IMG/VR virus record: IMGVR_UViG_3300028392_000082
Coordinates: 1 to 53,747 of that record
DNA from: a virus
Lineage: Duplodnaviria > Caudoviricetes
Length of the DNA: 53,747 nt
Direction: 5' to 3' (one strand)
The notes beneath the pieces were generated by a model. The model saw only the letters and a list, made by a program, of their open reading frames with translations. It made no database searches and was not told the origin of the DNA. The stretch's first letter is position 1. Each line of letters starts with the position of its first letter. Of this stretch, positions 16,235-25,259 are shown one piece after another. The translations under genes and the position numbers were made by a program.

Positions 16235-16499
16235 TCTGTACATTGTTTTGAAAGTCATTTAGTGATGCAATATATGCAACTAAATCTAAATAATTGTCTT
16301 CTTTGTAATTATAAGATGCTCTTGATAACTTTAGGGCCATCATACAATTGTACATGTCAACTGTAGTGATTTCCTTTCTCGATAATAGAGACGCAATCTT
16401 GGCAGCTTCTTGCATGCCTTCTTGGAAAGGACCGTAAAGTCGCTCTTTTTCTTCGTTTCTTTCGAATACGATTTCGTTTGCTTTTAATAGTATATTCAT
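16194..16499 (-). CDS. DUF6378-like all-helical protein (possible nucleotide pyrophosphohydrolase)
   Basis: ER..YG, MMALKLSR and DNYLDLVAY pattern recalled from phage DUF6378. Confidence 0.6.
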   Translation of the reverse strand: MNILLKANEIVFERNEEKERLYGPFQEGMQEAAKIASLLSRKEITTVDMYNCMMALKLSRASYNYKEDNYLDLVAYIASLNDFQNNVQNEHSKDKKRKNTK

Positions 16500-16529
16500 G
16501 TAGTAAATATAATTGATCTATTTGAGATA

Positions 16530-17441
16530 TTAAAATCCACGTTCTAAGTCTCTCATATCTCCCCAAACTCTTTGGGAATCAATGGCTTTCATATCGATAT
16601 CCACCACTCTTTTTTCTATTTGAGCATCGGCACCAACGTTTATAAAATAAGCACCTGGTTTTCCCTTTGTTTTAAATGCTTCGAACGCTTTTGCATCGTA
16701 AGTAGCCGTGGTAGGAAATGGAGGTAATTGATCTGGTCTTACTGGTTTTAAAAATGGTATAGTTGCGCTTTCTATAATTGCTCTACCGATTTCACCTTTC
16801 TTTAAATTTCTCGCAACAGCAATACCGTAAGCTGCAGCGTTTGGCCAACCGATTTGTAAACCTCTAGTCATAGTGCCTGTTGATACTGCGCACCAAAATT
16901 CTGGTGGCTCAGGTAAACTATTTGCAAAATTGACAATTCCTGCTGTTACGCCTGGCATACCTGATAATCCGAAAGTTAGGTACTGCGCTCCGTACTTCTC
17001 TGCCCACTTCTTTGCATAAATGTTAATAGTTGGCATCGCAGGAGTTTTAACGAATCTTAAGTCAGCTCCATACGCTTTTACGACTGCTTGGTGTTTTGAT
17101 ACCTCTTTAGAAGCTGGTGCAAAGAACACCGATTTCTTACCGTACAGCTGTGCTAAATTAGCGATTGCTTCTGGAGCGTGACCGACTCTTGGAGCTACGT
17201 AAACGAAAGTATCTTTAGGACACTCAGCAATTACCTTCTCTGCGGCAAATGCTTTGAATCCTGCTAAAGATAGATCGCATCTGATAATAAATTTATCTTC
17301 GAATGGCTCAACAACTACTTTAGGCATTTTCGATACAAAATCAGTACCGTACATGTCTAAATAATATTGTTTCGCTTGTTCAACTGTCATCCCGGCTGGG
17401 ATGTCTTTGTTGGACCTATCTTCTGTTACTTCATATTGCAT
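16530..17441 (-). CDS. PLP-dependent fold-type II enzyme (PALP / cysteine synthase-like)
   Basis: IRCDLSLAGFK (PLP lysine), AVSTGTMTRGL phosphate loop, YDAKAF. Confidence 0.75.
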   Translation of the reverse strand: MQYEVTEDRSNKDIPAGMTVEQAKQYYLDMYGTDFVSKMPKVVVEPFEDKFIIRCDLSLAGFKAFAAEKVIAECPKDTFVYVAPRVGHAPEAIANLAQLYGKKSVFFAPASKEVSKHQAVVKAYGADLRFVKTPAMPTINIYAKKWAEKYGAQYLTFGLSGMPGVTAGIVNFANSLPEPPEFWCAVSTGTMTRGLQIGWPNAAAYGIAVARNLKKGEIGRAIIESATIPFLKPVRPDQLPPFPTTATYDAKAFEAFKTKGKPGAYFINVGADAQIEKRVVDIDMKAIDSQRVWGDMRDLERGF

Positions 17442-17450
17442 AACTTTTTT

Positions 17451-18146
17451 TTATTTATTTTTTTCTTTCTTCTGAAGTTCCTTACTTAAGTTGCTAATAG
17501 GAATTGGTGTTCCTACAGGGTAAGGAGATCCTTCTTTAGCCGCAGTTATAGATGTCATTCCTGATTTAACTGGAACTGCTATACGTAATGGAACTGCTGC
17601 TTCGTTAAGTGGTCCGTATACTTTTGCTAATACAATACCTGAAGCGGTTGTATCAAAGATAATACCTGGCATAGCAAACATATTACTTTCGCTTGTGCTT
17701 GGAGAATCTAAGTTTACAACAAACGAACGATTTACTGGTGGTAATAATTGCCACTCTTTAGTCGATGGATCGAATTGAGGTACTGAAGTTGCTGAATCGT
17801 AATACCAAAAGAAAGACCATACTGTTTTGTCAGTTCCGTCTGGAGTTTGTGGGTTTTGGCCTACGTTGAATTTTCCGTAAGTTCCGCTAACGCCTTCCAT
17901 TAATAAATTTGAAAGAGACGGTCCTGTTAATACTGGACATACAGCACAACCTTCGTTATACTCTACGCCTTGAACTATAATCTTTTTTCCAGTTGGAACT
18001 GCTGCTGATGCACCGCAAAATGCGAAAGCGCCTTGGTGAAGAGCTGCGGCTTTATCTAATTTAATTTCTTGATCTGCTTCATTTTGTGTGTTACAGCTAA
18101 ATAATACCGTTAGTAGACTGACTACTATGATTGACATTTTTTTCAT
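17451..18146 (-). CDS. Lipoprotein of unknown function
   Basis: Lipobox LFSC; CAVC motif. Confidence 0.75.
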   Translation of the reverse strand: MKKMSIIVVSLLTVLFSCNTQNEADQEIKLDKAAALHQGAFAFCGASAAVPTGKKIIVQGVEYNEGCAVCPVLTGPSLSNLLMEGVSGTYGKFNVGQNPQTPDGTDKTVWSFFWYYDSATSVPQFDPSTKEWQLLPPVNRSFVVNLDSPSTSESNMFAMPGIIFDTTASGIVLAKVYGPLNEAAVPLRIAVPVKSGMTSITAAKEGSPYPVGTPIPISNLSKELQKKEKNK

Positions 18147-18163
18147 GTTTTTGTTTTTAATAA

Positions 18164-19099
18164 TTATTTTAATATATCTGATAAGTAAGGATACTGCTTT
18201 GGTTTCAAATGCACGGACTGCTTCATTTCTAATATATCTAGCATTTTAGTGCCGTCTTCATCGATCCACTCTGATGGCCACTGAATTACTTCTAATCCTG
18301 AATTGTTAATAATTTCGTTTGCAATTTCTCTTACTTGCATTCTTTCAGCTCTTGTACCAAAGAATGGTTGCTTCTTGTACAAACCAGTTCCAGGAATTTT
18401 TCTTGATTCGTGTTCTACTGGTAATAGTTCAACTAATGTTGCTTTCTTTAATTGTTTCGCAAATTCTACGTATCTGTTAAATAGATCTGCTGTAGCTTGT
18501 TGTGGATTATCTTGTCTCATTAAATGAAAACGTAAATCTATATTACCGAAGTATAATATAACTTCGTCGAATCTGCTATTGATCTCTTCTACCGTTTCTC
18601 TTTTTAGGAATCCGTGTAAAGTTCTACCAGCAGTAAAATCCAAAGAGTGTCCAGGTTTCCACACTGATAAAGCGTGAGAATCTCCAACAACGCCTTTTCT
18701 ACTTACTAAACCGTGAGCTAAAAAAGTGTTGTACCAAGATATTGTATTTGTTTCTGGAAATGTGCCTTCTACTTTTAATCTTTGGTTGAACTTATTGAAG
18801 TCGAATATACTGTTTGAATATCTTAGCTCGCCTTTAAATTCGGCAATAGCTTTCATTTTTTCTGTGTGAAGTGGTTGAGGTCCACCAGGAACGTTAAAAG
18901 ATCCCGCTACGAAATTAACTCCTTCGCAAATATAAAGCAGATCGTAAGTCCCCCACGTTGATGGTGGAGGATTTACGTCTACAGTATCGTTAGCATTTTC
19001 GTCTTTCAACATTTTTGATTGTATAAGTCCGTACGCTCCACCCTGTGAGTTAAACGTTGAACCTACATTTCCCATCATTGATACTAATCCAATTTTCAT
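18164..19099 (-). CDS. Hypothetical protein with SGNH/GDSL-like C-terminal domain
   Basis: GDSH, GRT, FGNID and SVH blocks in SGNH order. Confidence 0.55.
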   Translation of the reverse strand: MKIGLVSMMGNVGSTFNSQGGAYGLIQSKMLKDENANDTVDVNPPPSTWGTYDLLYICEGVNFVAGSFNVPGGPQPLHTEKMKAIAEFKGELRYSNSIFDFNKFNQRLKVEGTFPETNTISWYNTFLAHGLVSRKGVVGDSHALSVWKPGHSLDFTAGRTLHGFLKRETVEEINSRFDEVILYFGNIDLRFHLMRQDNPQQATADLFNRYVEFAKQLKKATLVELLPVEHESRKIPGTGLYKKQPFFGTRAERMQVREIANEIINNSGLEVIQWPSEWIDEDGTKMLDILEMKQSVHLKPKQYPYLSDILK

Positions 19100-19117
19100 A
19101 ACTATATTTTTAATTTA

Positions 19118-20743
19118 TTACATTCCCATACCCATACCCATCATTGGGTCTTGAGTTTTTTCTTCTTTGTCTTTCTTTTCGAATACAACTGATTCTGTGG
19201 TTAGAATAGTTCCTGCTACAGAAGCTGCGTTTCTAAGCGCTGTGATAACGACTTTGGCTGGATCAATAATACCTGCGTCTAAAGCATTAACAATCTTGTG
19301 ATTCTTGGCATCGTACACTTCACCTTCGTTAGGAATTTTAGTGTACCAATCTTGAATTCCTGCATTTTCTAAGATCTTCTTGAATGGACTTTGAATCGCT
19401 TTCTGAACAATTCCATAAGCAATAGCATCGTGGATAGTCTCTTCTGGATGATGTTGAATAGACGCTTGGAATAAAGCTGAACCTCCGCCTGCTACTATAC
19501 CATCAGCTAACGCTGCTTTAGTTGCATATAAAGCGTCTTCTACTCTATCTTTCTTTTCTTTAATTTCAATATCAGAATTACCGCCTACGCTAATGATTGC
19601 AACACCTCCGACTAGTTTACCTAATCTCTCTTGTAATTTCTCTTTCTCATAGAATGAAGTAGATTTATCTATTTGATCTTTAATCTCTTCCGCTCTTGCT
19701 TGTAACTTAACTTCTTCGCCTTTACCGTCAATAATGGTGGTTTCATCTTTAGATACTGTTACTAATCTAGCTTTACCCAATACTTGAGAAACTTGTTGAG
19801 TAGTTAATTTATCTAATTTGTGACCTTTGTCTTTAGATAGCAATTCTGCGCCTGTTAAGATCGCAATATCTTCTAAGATCAAAGTTTTTCTTTCGCCAAA
19901 ATCTGGTGCTTTAACTGCGCAAACTTGAACGATGCCTCTCATTTTATTTACAATCAAAGTAGCTAATGCTTCGTCTCCGATATCTTCTGCAACAATTAAC
20001 AACGGTTTATTCTCAGAATTTACTTTCGCTAATACTTGCAATAACTCTTGGGCTGTTGAAATTCTACCATCAAATAAGAAGATGTAAGGATCTTCCAATA
20101 CAGCTTGCATACTCGTATTGTTAGTTACGAAGTAAGGAGATTTGTATCCGCGATCGAATTGCATACCTTCAACAACCTCTAAACTGGTTTCACCTGATTT
20201 AGATTCTTCGATTGTAATAACTCCTTCGCGACCAACTTTCTCTACTGCAGAAGCAATCAAGTTACCAATTTCTGGATCGTTGTTGCCTGAAATTGTAGCG
20301 ACTTGTTTAATTTGTTCTTCTGATTCGATATCAATAGCGATTGTCTTAATATATTCGATAACCTGTTTAACTGTTTTATCGATTGCATTTTTAATCTCTA
20401 CTGCGTTAGAACCTTGACGAATTTCTTTTAAACCTTCTCTTACCATTTCTGTTGCCAATAAAGTGGAAGTAGTTGTACCGTCACCAGCTTCGATAGCCGA
20501 CTTAATACTAACTTGCTTTACTAACTGAGCTCCTAAATCTTCGATGTCGTCTTCTAGCTTATGAAAAGCTTTTGCGACAGTTACGCCGTCTTTAGTTACT
20601 TTAACTTCCCCGTTTTGTTCTCTAATCAAAACAGTTCTACCGCCGGGTCCCAATGTTGATGACACCGCTTGGTTTAGTTTTTCTATACCGGAAAGTAACT
20701 TCTCTTTAAGTTCTGTTCCGTTTATGTTTTTTGTTGTACTCAT
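19118..20743 (-). CDS. groL: Chaperonin GroEL
   Basis: TLGPGG, TKDGVTVA, AGDGTTT, GMQFDRGY; GMGM tail. Confidence 0.97.
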   Translation of the reverse strand: MSTTKNINGTELKEKLLSGIEKLNQAVSSTLGPGGRTVLIREQNGEVKVTKDGVTVAKAFHKLEDDIEDLGAQLVKQVSIKSAIEAGDGTTTSTLLATEMVREGLKEIRQGSNAVEIKNAIDKTVKQVIEYIKTIAIDIESEEQIKQVATISGNNDPEIGNLIASAVEKVGREGVITIEESKSGETSLEVVEGMQFDRGYKSPYFVTNNTSMQAVLEDPYIFLFDGRISTAQELLQVLAKVNSENKPLLIVAEDIGDEALATLIVNKMRGIVQVCAVKAPDFGERKTLILEDIAILTGAELLSKDKGHKLDKLTTQQVSQVLGKARLVTVSKDETTIIDGKGEEVKLQARAEEIKDQIDKSTSFYEKEKLQERLGKLVGGVAIISVGGNSDIEIKEKKDRVEDALYATKAALADGIVAGGGSALFQASIQHHPEETIHDAIAYGIVQKAIQSPFKKILENAGIQDWYTKIPNEGEVYDAKNHKIVNALDAGIIDPAKVVITALRNAASVAGTILTTESVVFEKKDKEEKTQDPMMGMGMGM

Positions 20744-20744
20744 A

Positions 20745-21038
20745 TTATTCTGTTATAACTGCTAAGATTTCAGTATCTTTTGCGATGAAATAATCTTCTC
20801 CTTCCATTGTGATCTTCATTGATCCCATTTTTGGAATTAGAACTTTGTCTCCAACATTAAGTGTTGATTTAATGTTTGAATCTGTGTGCCAATTGTAAGT
20901 TTCGCTAACTGCTACTACTTCGCCCATTTCAGGACGCTCTTTACCTAAGTCTGGAATTACAATGTTTCCGTAGGTCTGTTCTTGTTCTTCAACTGGTTTC
21001 AATACGATAAAACCGTTGAGTGGTTTAATTTTACTCAT
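20745..21038 (-). CDS. groS: Co-chaperonin GroES
   Basis: IKPL, GNIVIPD, GEVVAV, VGDKVL, EILAV. Confidence 0.95.
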   Translation of the reverse strand: MSKIKPLNGFIVLKPVEEQEQTYGNIVIPDLGKERPEMGEVVAVSETYNWHTDSNIKSTLNVGDKVLIPKMGSMKITMEGEDYFIAKDTEILAVITE

Positions 21039-21041
21039 TTT

Positions 21042-21242
21042 TTAATTTATTATTTCTAGGTCTTCAATTTTAATACAAAAATATAACATTCCATCTTTTT
21101 TAAATGCGGTGTCAGCACCTAACCATTTTTTAATAGTTTCTACCTCAGTTTCAGGATTATCGATCCGGTCCTCAGGCATTTGCTTTACCACTTGGAAAAG
21201 CGAGTCGTTGACTTTGATGTAATTTTTACAGATGCTAAACAT
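21042..21242 (-). CDS. Hypothetical protein
   Basis: 66 aa ORF in the chaperone operon. Confidence 0.7.
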   Translation of the reverse strand: MFSICKNYIKVNDSLFQVVKQMPEDRIDNPETEVETIKKWLGADTAFKKDGMLYFCIKIEDLEIIN

Positions 21243-21245
21243 AAC

Positions 21246-21784
21246 TAAGGGCGGTAGGCCTCTTTATTTTATTTAGGCGTTAACTTGAAATAACGTCCTT
21301 GGTTTGATTTGAATTTTCTTTGGTAAACTTTCATCGGATAATGGAATTTCTATTTTTAATAGTCCTTTATCTATGGTGGCTTCCAAAGAAGTTAGATCGA
21401 ACTTGGAAGCAATTTTCCAAGCCAAATCAAAAGATCTTCGTGCTATTCCTTTGTGGATAAAATTTGTTATAGGTTCGTCTTCTTTTGCTTTTGCGTACTT
21501 GATGCGAAGAACATCACCTTGCACTTCGATATCGATATCTTCGTAATCCAAACCTACTGCTGCAAGTTCGAATACGATACTATCTTGTTTCTCGTAAATG
21601 TCTAGTGGATAAGAGATTTTCTCTGCGATTGTAGAGAAATTAGAATTTTGGTCGAATAGATTCTTCCATAGAAGATCAAAGGGATCGACGCCCCAATGGG
21701 TTAATTGTGTCATTTTACACCTCCTGTGTGTTTTGGGTTAATTATTAAATTTAACATTCGTAACTAAAGGCCTACCGGTCCTTA
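21246..21784. repeat. Long-range inverted repeat bracketing the hsp20 gene
   Basis: TAAGGGCGGTAGGCCTCTTTA (21246-21266) versus TAAAGGCCTACCGGTCCTTA (21765-21784); perfect 10-bp core CGGTAGGCCT/AGGCCTACCG. Confidence 0.8.
21273..21713 (-). CDS. Small heat shock protein (Hsp20/IbpA family)
   Basis: YPLDI, HKGIARRSF and GLLKIEIP alpha-crystallin motifs. Confidence 0.92.
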   Translation of the reverse strand: MTQLTHWGVDPFDLLWKNLFDQNSNFSTIAEKISYPLDIYEKQDSIVFELAAVGLDYEDIDIEVQGDVLRIKYAKAKEDEPITNFIHKGIARRSFDLAWKIASKFDLTSLEATIDKGLLKIEIPLSDESLPKKIQIKPRTLFQVNA

Positions 21785-21830
21785 TTTTCTATAAATATAT
21801 ATCATTTTTAAATGATAATAAAACTTAAGT

Positions 21831-22154
21831 TTAAAGTGCGAAACTTTCACCACATCCACAAGTTCTACTTGCATTTGGGTTTATAAACTGAAACCCTTTG
21901 CCGTTTAATCCATCAGAAAAATCCAGTTCGGTACCATACAGATATAGCAAAGATTTCATATCTATTAGTATCTGTACGCCCTTATCTTCTGCTAAAGTAT
22001 CCGATGGTTGTTGTTCTGTATCAAATGAAAGGTCGTAAGACAATCCACTACATCCACCTCCTTTAACTGCCACTCTAACGAATGGAGTTTTGAATCCGCT
22101 TTCCTCAATTAGCGAATTTAATTTCTTTGCAGCTGTTTCTGATACAGTTACCAT
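21831..22154 (-). CDS. iscA: Fe-S cluster A-type carrier
   Basis: GGCSG and CGCGESF motifs. Confidence 0.95.
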   Translation of the reverse strand: MVTVSETAAKKLNSLIEESGFKTPFVRVAVKGGGCSGLSYDLSFDTEQQPSDTLAEDKGVQILIDMKSLLYLYGTELDFSDGLNGKGFQFINPNASRTCGCGESFAL

Positions 22155-22462
22155 TAGGCATATTTTAATCCAAAGAATCCGTAGTTTTTATGAACTGATT
22201 CTTCGTCTCCTGCTTTTATGGCAAGATCTTCGTCTTCGTAAATAGCACTAACTGGACATTCTGGTACGCAAGCCCCGCAATTGATGCACGTATCTGGATT
22301 AATGTAGAGTTGGCCTCCTGGGAATGCCTCTCTACCCTGCTTTTCTACTTCCGATCCAGATCCTTCGATGTCTATTGGTCCGTGTATACAATCAACTGGA
22401 CATGCACTTGCGCATGCTGTATCCATACAATCAACGCATGCTTTTCCGATAATAAAACTCAT
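22154..22462 (-). CDS. Dicluster 4Fe-4S ferredoxin
   Basis: CVDCMDTACASACP and CINCGACVPECP motifs. Confidence 0.92.
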   Translation of the reverse strand: MSFIIGKACVDCMDTACASACPVDCIHGPIDIEGSGSEVEKQGREAFPGGQLYINPDTCINCGACVPECPVSAIYEDEDLAIKAGDEESVHKNYGFFGLKYA

Positions 22463-22472
22463 AATCTATTTT

Positions 22473-22883
22473 TTATATGTGTGATTCTTCAAAGACTAGT
22501 TGTTCTAGCCCTTGTTTTTGTCTATAATCGTTTATCGCAGATTTGATAGCGTCTTCAGCTAATACTGAACAGTGAATTTTAACAGGCGGAAGGTTTAGCT
22601 CTTCTACCAAATCCATGTTGTCTATCGTTACTGCTTCGTCTAATGTCTTGCCCTTCAACCACTCTGTAGCTACAGAAGAGGAAGCGATAGCAGAACCGCA
22701 ACCAAATGTTTTAAATTTAGCGTCAACAATAATGTCGTCGATAACTTCTATCTGAAGTCTCATAACGTCACCACACTCTGGTGCTCCAACCAATCCTGTA
22801 CCCACGTTCTTTTTCGACTTGTCTAAAGTGCCTACGTTCTTTGGGTTTTCGTAGTGGTCTATTACCTTATCTGAGTATGCCAT
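22473..22883 (-). CDS. iscU: Fe-S scaffold protein IscU
   Basis: GAPECGD, KTFGCGSAIAS, LPPVKIHCS. Confidence 0.96.
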   Translation of the reverse strand: MAYSDKVIDHYENPKNVGTLDKSKKNVGTGLVGAPECGDVMRLQIEVIDDIIVDAKFKTFGCGSAIASSSVATEWLKGKTLDEAVTIDNMDLVEELNLPPVKIHCSVLAEDAIKSAINDYRQKQGLEQLVFEESHI

Positions 22884-22907
22884 ATTGTGTTTTTATATAA
22901 ATAAATA

Positions 22908-25217
22908 TTAGTGACCGTCTCTTAGGTTGTGTGCAATCATGGGTGGCGCTTTTAATGCAATACTTAATTTTGTAGTATTTTCCATTTTATCTTGTACAAT
23001 CTTAGCAGCTTCTTCTGCGTTTTCTTTAGGTACTTCGCATACGATCTGGTCATGTATTTGTGCGCACACCCAGCCAGCTATTCCTCTCTTCTTAAATTCT
23101 CTATTGATTTCCATTGCAGCTCTGTTTACGATAGATGCAGACAGTCCCTGTATCTGTACGTTTTTGGCGTTGTTTAGACCGTTTACAAAGTCTCTGCTCA
23201 AGTTCTTAACGTTGTCCTTACCAAATTCGAACTCCATCTTTCTTTTAAAGTTCCAATCCAACATGCCGTCACCAATGGTCTCGTATATTGCTTTCACCTT
23301 TGGCAAGTGTCTTACTCGACCAACTTGTGTTTTAACGTATCCCAATGTTTTAGCTTCGTTCTCAGATCGCTTCATCCACTTGTCTAGTTCGGGAAATCCA
23401 CTTAAGTAACCTTTAACTAATTTATCCGCTTCTTTGGTAGACACTCCAATATTTTTACCCAAAGCGTAAGCACCCATACCGTAAGGAATACCTAATGCAT
23501 AGGCTTTAGCGGTGTTTCTTTTCTTTGGCGCATGCTTTCTTAAAAAGTTATCTGCTTTCTTGTCTCCTGAGTATTGATTAAGACCTTCTGTTTTGATAGC
23601 AATAGTGGAATAAAAATCCCAGTTATTTCTAAAGATGTCCTTAAGACCTTCGTCACCAGAAACGTGAGCGAATACGTGTGGCTCCAATGATTCGTAATCG
23701 CAGTCTACAAATATATTGCCCTGTTTTGGAATAAAGAATGCTCTTACCAAGTTTGTGTATTCGATAATTACTGCATCGTCATCGCCTTCTTCTTTAGGTC
23801 TTGGTAACTGTTGAGCATCTGATCCGTAACGACCTGATACAGTACCGTGTTGTTTGTAGTAGAAATAGTAGATCTCATTCTCGCTAGCATTTAGGAATCG
23901 ATCTATGTAAGTTGATTTGATCTTTAGTAGCTTGTTGTATATTCTTAGATTCTTTGCCCACTCGTATGTTTCTGAAATGACTTGTAACATATCTTCGTCG
24001 AACTGCGCTTTACCTTTTTTGGTACTGGACAACGGTTTGAATCCAAGAACGCTGAAAGCTATTTCGCCTAATTGATCTTTTGATTGAATGTTAAAGAAGT
24101 TACCGTCGTTTGCTTCTCTCCACATTTTCATACTGATCTTGTTAGAGAAGTCTTCGTCCAATACATCTGCACCGTTTAATAAGAATTGTTTTGCTGCCGA
24201 CTCTGGTAATCTTGCTACTTCTGATTTTGTAATGTTGTATTTGCCAGTCTTTTCTGATTTCGGTAATTCTAATCCACACTCTTCTACAACTTTCTGAGCG
24301 AATACGCCTTTACTATTTGCTGGGTAAGCCTCTTTTGCTTTGTCTAAAATCCAATGCTTGACTCTGCTATCTGAAAGCAATTCTGTTACTACTGCTTTTG
24401 ATCTCTTGTTCATCTCTTCGGTAATATCAAGATCTGCTTTTTTCATTGTCTCTACGTCAAGCTTAACACCGACCTCTTCCATTGGAATTGTGACCTCTCT
24501 GTACAATGGCATAACTTCGTCTTCAAAAAAGAAGGTTTCAAGACCTTGTGCGTAAAGCTCTTTAATAAAGTGGTGATACACTCTCAACGTTAAGTCGGTA
24601 TCTGCTGCGGCGTACTTTGCTAGAATGTTTATGTCAGCTTTGTATATTTCGTAGTTTTCTCTAGTTATAGATCCGCCGTTCTCTTTGATTGACGTCTTTA
24701 ACTCGATTTGTTCTTCGTTTGCTTCTTTGGTAACATCAAGACCTAATTCTTTTTGGATGGATTGTGCGATACTTTTTAGACCGAATGGACTAGCGAAAGC
24801 AAATCCTGCGCCTTCTTCGTTTACCGTGTGTACCAATAGAATGGTATCTACGTAAAGACTTGGTAATAAATCTACACCGTAAAAATTCTTAACGAATCGA
24901 CAGTCAAACGATGCATTGTGCATGATCAACTTTTTACCGATTAATTTTGATATGAATTGTTTTGCTAGATCTTGACAGTCTTTACCGTCTATGGTAGCGT
25001 TTACTAGAGAATCGCTTGCTTTATCGTAAACCGCTGTGGGCATATAATAACCTTCACCGATTTCTGCTGATACTGAGAAACCTATTATAGTTCCTTGTCT
25101 TGTGTTCAAAGAGTTGGTCTCGGTATCGAAAGCAATAATCTCTTTGTCTTTGACATGATTGACCATGTCTTTTAGTTTGTCGAAAGTGTCGACTAATACA
25201 TAACTTTTTTCTTGCAT
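22908..25217 (-). CDS. polA: DNA polymerase family A with 3'-5' exonuclease (Leu at the 762-equivalent position)
   Basis: DTET exo I, HNASFD exo II, DYESLE motif A, RNTAKAYALGIPYG motif B, QIHD motif C; start taken at MQEK. Confidence 0.95.
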   Translation of the reverse strand: MQEKSYVLVDTFDKLKDMVNHVKDKEIIAFDTETNSLNTRQGTIIGFSVSAEIGEGYYMPTAVYDKASDSLVNATIDGKDCQDLAKQFISKLIGKKLIMHNASFDCRFVKNFYGVDLLPSLYVDTILLVHTVNEEGAGFAFASPFGLKSIAQSIQKELGLDVTKEANEEQIELKTSIKENGGSITRENYEIYKADINILAKYAAADTDLTLRVYHHFIKELYAQGLETFFFEDEVMPLYREVTIPMEEVGVKLDVETMKKADLDITEEMNKRSKAVVTELLSDSRVKHWILDKAKEAYPANSKGVFAQKVVEECGLELPKSEKTGKYNITKSEVARLPESAAKQFLLNGADVLDEDFSNKISMKMWREANDGNFFNIQSKDQLGEIAFSVLGFKPLSSTKKGKAQFDEDMLQVISETYEWAKNLRIYNKLLKIKSTYIDRFLNASENEIYYFYYKQHGTVSGRYGSDAQQLPRPKEEGDDDAVIIEYTNLVRAFFIPKQGNIFVDCDYESLEPHVFAHVSGDEGLKDIFRNNWDFYSTIAIKTEGLNQYSGDKKADNFLRKHAPKKRNTAKAYALGIPYGMGAYALGKNIGVSTKEADKLVKGYLSGFPELDKWMKRSENEAKTLGYVKTQVGRVRHLPKVKAIYETIGDGMLDWNFKRKMEFEFGKDNVKNLSRDFVNGLNNAKNVQIQGLSASIVNRAAMEINREFKKRGIAGWVCAQIHDQIVCEVPKENAEEAAKIVQDKMENTTKLSIALKAPPMIAHNLRDGH

Positions 25218-25220
25218 ATT

Positions 25221-25228
25221 CAAATATA
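25221..25228 (-). promoter_or_regulatory. Bacteroidota-type -7 promoter element TATATTTG
   Basis: Exact TAnnTTTG match just upstream of polA; variants at 501, 3678, 11128, 16504, 33452 and 35280. Confidence 0.55.
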
Positions 25229-25259
25229 CACTATTTAGGGAATCTAGAAAAATGTAAGA

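Noticed and set aside
19118-22883. Host chromosomal segment or prophage boundary
   Set aside because: Same strand, gene density and ATATTTAT motifs as the phage genes; no integrase or att site seen
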